Origin: Octopus sinensis
Lineage: Eukaryota
DNA length: 64,000 bases
Assembly: GCF_006345805.1 (NCBI RefSeq)
Contig: NC_043013.1
Span: 23,064,001 to 23,128,000, forward strand
Direction of reading: 5' to 3'
Shown here: positions 52,005-61,000 of the stretch, piece by piece
How positions within the stretch are numbered: position 1 is the first letter of the stretch
How the letters are laid out: each line of letters begins with the position of its first letter
Program-made: the position numbers and the translations under genes
Notes under the pieces: model-generated
What the model was told of the DNA's origin: nothing
Seen by the model: only the letters and a program-made list of their open reading frames with translations
Databases searched by the model: none

Positions 52005-55000
52005 TCACTGCCTGGAATCGAACTCGGAATCTTGGGGTTAGTAGCCCGCGCTCTTAACAACTACGCCATATGCTCGGGGGCATAATAATAATAATAATAA
52101 TAGCAACAACAACATTGAAAAATACCTTAGGAATGAGAACCCAGGTTCGAAATTTCCCCAAGACACCTGATGAAGGCTGGAGGTATATCAGCCGAAACGT
52201 TGTGTTAACAACAAACAAAATGAGGACAAATATTCGTCAAATGTAAATAATGTAAATAATGTGTGCTTGTGTGTGTGTGTATATATATATATAACACAAA
52301 AGGAAAGATTTGTACATGGTGACCTTTAGATTTCTTGGATAAACTTCTTCAACACATTCACCAAGAAAAGTTAACAGCAAGAAGAGTTATGGAACACCCT
52401 TCTTCTATAAGAATTACCTCAATTTTTTTAAGACATCAGGTGACAGATGTAAATGAGCATCACCATCACACAAGTGGTGTTGTTTATTTCGCATTTTCTA
52501 AGGAAAACCTTGTCTGGGCCGGTGGGGGGATATTCCCTTGTTTGGAAATAGCTAAGGGTTGGTGACAGGAAGGGCATCTGGTCATTGAAAACATCATCAT
52601 CATCATTTAATGTCTGATTTCCATGCTAGCATGGGTTGGACAACACAAACTGGTAACCTGCAAGGCCACACTGGACCCATGCAAGTATGGAAAAGTGGCT
52701 GTTAAAATGATGATGATGATGATGAGATCTATATATGTATGGTGGTGTGGTTAAAGGGTTCACTTTGCAACCACATATTTCAGGGTTCAATTCCATCCCT
52801 TGTGCAGCAGCTTGAGCTGGTGTCTTCAGAGACAATGTGATGAGTTTCCATGCAATTTTCATCAACTCAATTTCCCTCCCATGGTTTGTGTTGACTTCAA
52901 TCTTGAGTTGAGGTTATTGTCCAAGATTCATAAAAAAATACACATGCACATTAGATATATCACAGACACATGCGTTCATTTATATATATACTAGCAGTAT
53001 CGCCCGGCGTTGCTCAGGTTTGTAAGGGAAATAACTATAAAGCATATTTAGAGAGTTATAGCCAAAAAATAGCAAAAAAATGGAAAAAAATGATGGTAAA
53101 TTTTTTTTTAGTTAAAAAAGGTGGAGTTGCGTCCCCTAGACAGTTTGCAGTTTGTGTTTCTGATTCTCGACCCCATGTCGAATTTATCGATTTTTTTCAG
53201 AACTGGGGGAACTTTTCAAAATTTTCGCTGCGTTAGTTTTGAATTATGACATTGGGCTATGTGTGTGTCAAGTTTCATCAGAATCGGTTGAAAGCCGTGG
53301 TCAGGGTGAGGGTACAAGCAAACAGACACACAGAAACACGCACAGACAAACTGCCGTTTATATAGAGAGAGATATCCACATACACACATCACTTTAATCT
53401 TAGCAAAAGGCCGCATTTTTATAGTGATTTCTAACATTAAGAGTTATATATCAATTAACAGGAGAACGTTTTCTATTTCAAAGTACACAAAGCAACTGAT
53501 AATAATAAGTGCAGCTTACTGTGCATGTCGTGAGTAGCCAACCAATCACAGCCCAGCGAGGTATAATCTCTGAACAAAGGAGCTCATTAGTCGGATGAAA
53601 CACAGCACAAATATATCGTATCAAATCACAGCGTAGAGACTGGCTTTCAGGTGTGGAAAGATACTGTAAAGAAACAGAAATAAAATCAAAAGTTGTGTAA
53701 AACAAGGAAACTTAACATCACTGTCTTGTTAATAATATGAATTCGTATTTTAATAGATTGTATAATAGACATATTTTATGCCATGCTATCATTTTTAAAT
53801 TGTCTGTTTGGAGAATAAGAAATATTCATCCATCAATTGCTATAACTCAATCCAAAACACAAGACCGCTAAAAGCCTCGTTTGTGGTTGAACTGATAATT
53901 CTCTGGTAATTCCTTATAGCAGTATCTTCATTTAGAACATAGTCAATACTTTATCACAAAAGCATTATACGAAGAGAAGACAGTAAAGCCATTACAATAG
54001 AAAATAAAGAAAAACAGAATAATTTCTTTTTATATTTCAACTTCAATACATATTATATCATGTGGCTGACCAGACTACTGGATGTTGTTATACATCACTG
54101 GTCACAATGCACTTTGCATCGCTTTAGCATTTGATCAGGTGTGCAAGTGAATATTGCCCCAGGTCCAAAGTCTAATCCATTGCAATATGAAATGAAATGT
54201 TTTACTGAAGAACCCAATGTGCAGTCAGTCTGGGAATTGAACCCACATTCTCATGACTGTGAGAGCAACACCCCTAACGACTAGGCCATGATTCCTTCAC
54301 AATAAGTATTACATGTAAGAACGAAAACTCAATAACGGAACCTTATAATGAATATCAGGTTCTAACCAAAACAATGCATTCTTTTATTATTTTACGATTG
54401 GGGTACAAACAAGAGTAGGTTTTGTCTTTGAAGGAAACCAAACTGGTCAGATTGATGTCGATGTGGCCGACTGATGCCCAGCTTAAATAACTGCATGAAA
54501 AAAAACAGGTGGGGAGGGGGCAGGGTGGAAATGTTTGCAACAAAGTGAAACCTGCTAAAGTCACTACCAGATCCAGATAAAACTGGGTGATAGTCCAAGC
54601 CTACCACTCATAAAGATGAAACTCTTCGTATTTCAACTGCAGCACATATCTAACTCGTCCAAAACTAAATTGTGGACAGAATGGAATAATGGATGCTTGT
54701 GATTTATGTAAAGATCATTTATATTCACCAATAATTCCGCAGCAGGTTTTCTTTGTAGTGACATGGAATGTAAGAGTTTTGCAGTGTAACAGTCTTTGAC
54801 ACATCTCTACCCAAGACACACAACAACACTCACATGTCTTGTGATAATTCCATTGACACTGTCTCAAGCGGAATTTCACAAAACATTTTGATAAATTTAC
54901 GTCTTCCATTTTGGTCAACGACAACAACAAAAGGAGTATTTTTGTGTCATCAACACTTGACAGATTTTCTGACAATCCTAAGAACTTACATAAAATATAT

Positions 55001-58000
55001 CACTCTATCAACCAGATGTTATATACTGCTGCTCACAAGGCATTTCCTTGCATTGTTGCAGCTTTCAAATGCTACCACCCTACTAGCTAGGCAGGCAGCC
55101 ACACACACACACACACACATACATACATATAAACATGCACAGATTCCATTTAAAAGTACCTGTCTTTGGAACCAATCTTGATAACGTTTATGTTGCCCAA
55201 ATTTCACCTGAAATTAAAGACAAAAAAGAACCAATGTTTAGATTTGATAATTAAATAAAGAAATGACTGGAAATATATTCATAAAGTTAGCCAAATGCTT
55301 CAAACATGTTTATAAAATTAACAATATCTCAAAATACTAAAACCGTTCTGGTTTTTGACTAGAACAAGAAATAAATGCTAAATGTAAAAAATTCCCAAAA
55401 CAGAGAGGAAAAGTTGAAAAAAATATTTTCCGTAGCCATGGTCGATGCTAGAGTCACATAACCAGTCTGTTTAAAAGTACCCTTCAATCGTTGGGTAATA
55501 TGCTGTGCTTGAGAAGACCTGTTGAGTCAAATGGCTCCCATGCAAGTGACATGTTAAAAGCAGTATTTAAGTATGGCCAGTGGTATATAAAAAGCACCAT
55601 TCAAGCATGGTCAATGTCCGTGCCATGTGACTGGCTCCCGTGCCAGTGGCACATAAAAAGCACCCACTACACTCTTGGAGTGGCAGGCATTAGGAAGGGC
55701 ATCCAACTGTAGAAACCTTGCCAGAACATTTTGGAGCCTGGTGCAGCCTCCTGGCTTGCCAGTCTTCAGTCAAACCCATGCCAGCATGGAAAACAGACGT
55801 TAAATGATGATGATGATGATGATGATTCATTCAGTAGGTTAAGCCAGCCAAAACCTTTTATCTGCATTGTCGTCTTCATATTTTGTCATTAACAAAAAAC
55901 CAGCTCTGGTTTTATGTTATGAAAACCTATCATCATCACCAACATCATCATTTAACATCCATTCTCCATGCTGGCATGGGTTGGACAGTTTGACAGGAGC
56001 CGGCCAGCTGCCCAAGCTCCATATTGTCAGCTTTGGAATGGTCTCTATGGCTGGAGGCCCTTCCTAACACCAACCACTCCACAGAGTGTACTGGGTGCTT
56101 TTAATGTGACACTGGAAGGGTGATTCCATGTGGCACCAGTGCAGGTGCTCTAATGTGACATCAGCACTCATGAGCCTGCAAACCCAGGATCTCTCGGCTG
56201 AGGGACGTAAAAGGACCTGCCTCTATGTATGGGCCACCATCATTGTGCTTAGCTTCAGATATGTCTTCTCAAGCACAGTAAACCAACACAAGTCTCAGTC
56301 CTTCGTCCTCTCTTCCCTGTGAGGCCCAACAACTGAACCTCCTGTCTCACCACTTGCAATAGAATATCATTGCCAGAAAGTGGAAACACAACTGAATGCA
56401 CAATCAACTTTTTTCGTTTTATGTCTTAACAGTGCTTACGACTTTTAACACAGAATTTTGGGTGACAGGAAACAGTTGATAATATCAACCCCAGTACTTC
56501 AGTTGTACTTTTATTTCATTGGTCCCAGAAGGAGGAAAGTCACAGTTGACCTGGGTAGAATTTAGAAATCAGAACATAAAGGGTTGCAGCTAAACACCAC
56601 AAGGTATTTTGTCCAATGCTCTATTAATTCTACCAATCTACTATCCTGACAGTGATGATGATGATGATGATGATAAAATATGGCAAGCCTTTTAGATCTG
56701 GTTGATAATGGTTTATTGCATGCTTTTGTTTCCCATCCATTACATGTGATGGACAAAATGCTTTGCATTAAAAGAGAAACCATTCATTATAGTAAAGATT
56801 GTTTGCCAACATAACATGGCAGTCCTGGCTTAGGACACGATCTGTGTCCTAAACTAGGACTGCCATGTTATGTTGGCAAACAAGCATTACTCCAAAGTAC
56901 TGAATATCTCTCGTGAGATATAAAAATAGTAATTTTCTAACCATTCATTAGTTCTGTCCCTCCGTGTTCTGGTGTTCAACTGAATTCAAAGTCTACTTTG
57001 CTTTTCACTCCTCTTGGAGTTGGTAACATCAGCACCAACCCAGCAAAGAGAGAGAGAGAGAGAAGACAACCAACTGCCCCTTTCCTCAAGTATTAGTAGC
57101 TTTGTTAATATTAAGAAACTTTTTTTTTTCATCTGCTGCCTCACTGTTAAGTGTTGCAATATACTAAAGCATCATCTAGTTTTCAAGGTACTAAAAGGTC
57201 AAAGGTCAACACTGACCAGTCTATTGCAGGAAGAGCTGCACTGGTAAGTTTTTAAGAAACCAGTCTTTCCAAAGAGCTAGCAGTAGGATAAGAACAGGAC
57301 AGAATGGGATCGAGGGGAGTTAAATATCGTGCTCTGGTTCTCATATGAGGGCTTTAACTCTTAAGAATGTTATCAATGGTGGTGTTGTGCATTATGAAAA
57401 TAAGTAATAAACAACCGTCGTATGTGACTATACTTCTTGTCTGTTGAACTAAACTAAGCTTTGTCACTTAATTATCCTCACCAATCCAGTCTGCACAGTC
57501 ACCAGACTTGTACAGAGTTTATAGTAACGGAACTTCTATTAGTCTCAACACTGAGCACCCCAGTTATTCCATCAATCCAACTACTTACTTATCGTATTGC
57601 GGCGTAAGTAGATGAATTCTTCAGAGATGTGCTTCCTTAATGCAATTCTCGAGCAGAAACAGCATGGCACTGGGCATCACAAAGCTGACTCTTTGAATTA
57701 CAAAGTCTATTCAACAGGCTTCCTGTTCCCATCTACCCCAATTTCACTCACAAGGGTAGGCAGGAGAGCTCAACCTGAAACAAAGGTAAAAGACACAGCC
57801 AAGATGCCATGTGTCAGAATCAAACCCATTAGTGGTCGACAGAACTTTGGTCACCTCACTCAGCCATGCTTGCACTTGTAAGAGTTTATTTACACCTGGG
57901 GACCTCAAAGACTTGGAAGATCCAATCCTATTGTTTGTGGACAACGGGAATTCATTCAGGGAACAATTTGGTCTTTAATTTATAAAGGTTTTGTGATTAA

Positions 58001-61000
58001 CTATAGTTTGTTAGAAGACAAAGAATTTAAGACATGTGAAAAACTAGACATCACCTTGGTTGTTAAAAACATCAATTTGTTTTCCATGTCAGGAGTGAGA
58101 CGACTCATTAACAAACGTCTGGAGGATCGAGCTTGCAACAACTGTACAATACCTATAACATGGAGAGAGAAAACATTAATGGCATAACATGGAGAGAGAG
58201 AAAACATTAATGGCATAACATGGAGAGAGAAAAACATTAATGGCATAACATGGAGAGAGAAAAACATTAATGGCATACAGAGATCTAAAGTAAAATAAGT
58301 TGTCTGTTTTGTTTTTTGTTGCAAATACAGTCTGCCAAAGTGAGAGAGGTAAATAAAACTTAAAATAAACTCAACCACCAAAGAAGATGTGTGTAACAAT
58401 GGCAGAATTAAAGTGATAGTATGCTGTCAACTTAATGTGACAGTCCCATGAAAGGGAAGAATGCTACTGTTATTTAGCCCTAGGAAACACCGTTTCCTGT
58501 TGGACTTGACACATTTCCTGTGTCACTTTATCATGCTGCTACTGCATAAACATATTATTTCAGCAGCAGAATTATTTTCTACAGTTTTATTATGTCTGCT
58601 ACATCTGTTCAAGCATTACACTTAACTATGGAACTAAATCTTAGACAATCAAAATTTTTAGCATAATAAAGCAATTTTATAAAGTTCTATAAATTTATGC
58701 CTCAAACAAGAAATAAGACCTTATATAAAACGGGGAATGTTTTCTAACTGTAATTAGTTTAGGAAGAAAAAAAGAAAAGAGAAACAGGCTTGGAAGTATC
58801 ACCATGAAGAACAGCAAAATACAAAGAAGGCAAGGGAAAAGGAGAGTCTTCCTAATGTGGACCCCACAAAGGGACCAGCTAGCCAAGTTGACAGCATCAT
58901 GAAAGATAAAACAATTAAGGACATAAAAACTAAGAAAGCCCATCAAGAATAAAAGTGAAGATGCTTAAAATATCTGGCGGAGTGGGATAGAGCCTAGTCG
59001 CTCGTCCCTAGATAAAGCCTAGTCACTCGTCCCCAGACAGAGCCTAGTCGCTCGTCCCCAGACAGAGCCTAGTCGCTCGTCCCCAGACAGAGCCTAGTCG
59101 CTCATCCCCAGACAGAGCCTAGTCGCTCATCCCCAGACAGAGCCTAGTCACTCGTCCCCAGACAGAGCCTAGTCGCTCGTCCCCAGATAGAGCCTAGTCG
59201 CTCGTCCCCAGATAGAGCCTAGTCGCTCGTCCCCAGATAGAGCCTAGTTGCTCGTCCTAGATAAAGCCTAGTCACTCGTCCCCAGACAGAGCCTAGTCGC
59301 TCGTCCCCAGACAGAGCCTAGTCGCTCGTCCCCAGACAGAGCCTAGTCGCTCATCCCCAGACAGAGCCTAGTCGCTCATCCCCAGACAGAGCCTAGTCAC
59401 TCGTCCCCAGACAGAGCCTAGTCGCTCGTCCCCAGATAGAGCCTAGTCGCTCGTCCCCAGATAGAGCCTAGTCGCTAGTCCCCAGATAGAGCCTAGTTGC
59501 TCGTCCCTAGATAAAGCCTAGTCACTCGTCCCCAGATAGAGCCTAGTCACTCGTCCCCAGACAGAGCCTAGTCGCTCGTCCCCAGACAGAGCCTAGTCGC
59601 TCATCCCCAGACAGAGTCTAGTCGCTTGTCCCCAGATAGAGCCTAGTTGCTTGTCCCCACTACCTAAGTTCATCACTCACTGCATTTCCTTTCCCCCTAC
59701 TTCCCTTTGCACCCTCACAAACCTGCTTGCACACAATGTGTCCCTCTTGAATCTCTTTCCCCACGACATATCCCCCTAACAACTTCCACCCTTTCTTTTC
59801 TGTCCACTCACTACATTGTTTCCTCTCCACCTCACTCCCACCCTAACCAATCCTTGGTTCAACAACTTTTATTAGTTACAATACAGCAGCAGGTAGAGAG
59901 AAGTCAGAATGGATGGGAGAAAAAGATTTTTTTTTTACCTGTAAAATTGGGATTTAATGAAGTTGGGTTGTACATTATATCACGCCACAACTTTTCAAAT
60001 TCAGGAATTCTGGCCACATTCTGCAACACCCTGGCCAAATCACGTCCTATTATATTAACACAGTCAATAAACTGAAAAACAAAGAAATGAAACAGACAGG
60101 GAATATCAAAGGGTCAAACACAGTCAAGCAATTCAGAAATTCACTTCACAATTATGCATGACATGTTGGAGCAATTGTTTTGTATCACAATCTCAGGTTG
60201 ATCTAAACTTGTGGGTGAAATCGAATGCAAGGAAAAAGCATAAGGGTTAGCTCTTTCAAATTACACCCCACAATCTTTAAGAGGAAGGACAAGCTGGAGA
60301 ATTTAAGACTAGATACAGTAAGTATAAATAAAAAATAGGCTAATCCCACATTTGGTCATAGAGTTGTTCTGGGTTAAACAAGAGCAGCAGCAGCAGCAAG
60401 AGCAGCAGCAGCACATGGAGGTGAGATTACTGAATGAATAAGGTATTCAGCTACCTGCTCATGGATCAGGAGTTCACATTTATTGCTAGCTATGTCTTGT
60501 TGTATTTCTGGACAGAACATTTCATTCGACTTCACCCCAATTTACCTAGCTGCCAAGAATAGGTACCAGATCACCTGAAATGATCTTACCATCAACTGAC
60601 AGATGTTCTAACTGGGAGGAAGATGCTTCTCTCTCTCTCTTTCCATCATTCCATGCAGTTGGAGTTAAGCACTACCAGCTATCAAGAAGACATTTGCTTA
60701 TTATCGATAAGATATATGCAAAAATTATCTCAACTCTTGAGATACCATTCCACCCAAAGCCTCCTGTGATCATATTAAAGAAATTTGTCCAGGTGTTTCA
60801 ACATTCTACAAAAGCTTTATGACAAAACTATTTATTAATTTAAGTTCCAAACTCTAGATTAATAATAAAGAAGTTGGGTATTTTAACAAATCTTTACAAA
60901 TTCTTAATTACTTTTTGAATGAATTGAAACAAACACAAAATTGGTCACAAAAGGATATTGTCAGTGTTTGAAAGCAGTATTTTCAGGTAGCGAAGACTTT

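Noticed and set aside
52000-52080. tRNA gene (also 26700-26770 and the heads of SINEs A and C)
   Set aside because: There is no complete acceptor stem, and each head is fused to a SINE body present in multiple copies.
58991-59660. CRISPR-like array
   Set aside because: The units are contiguous with no unique spacers, the context is a eukaryotic intron, and there are no cas genes.
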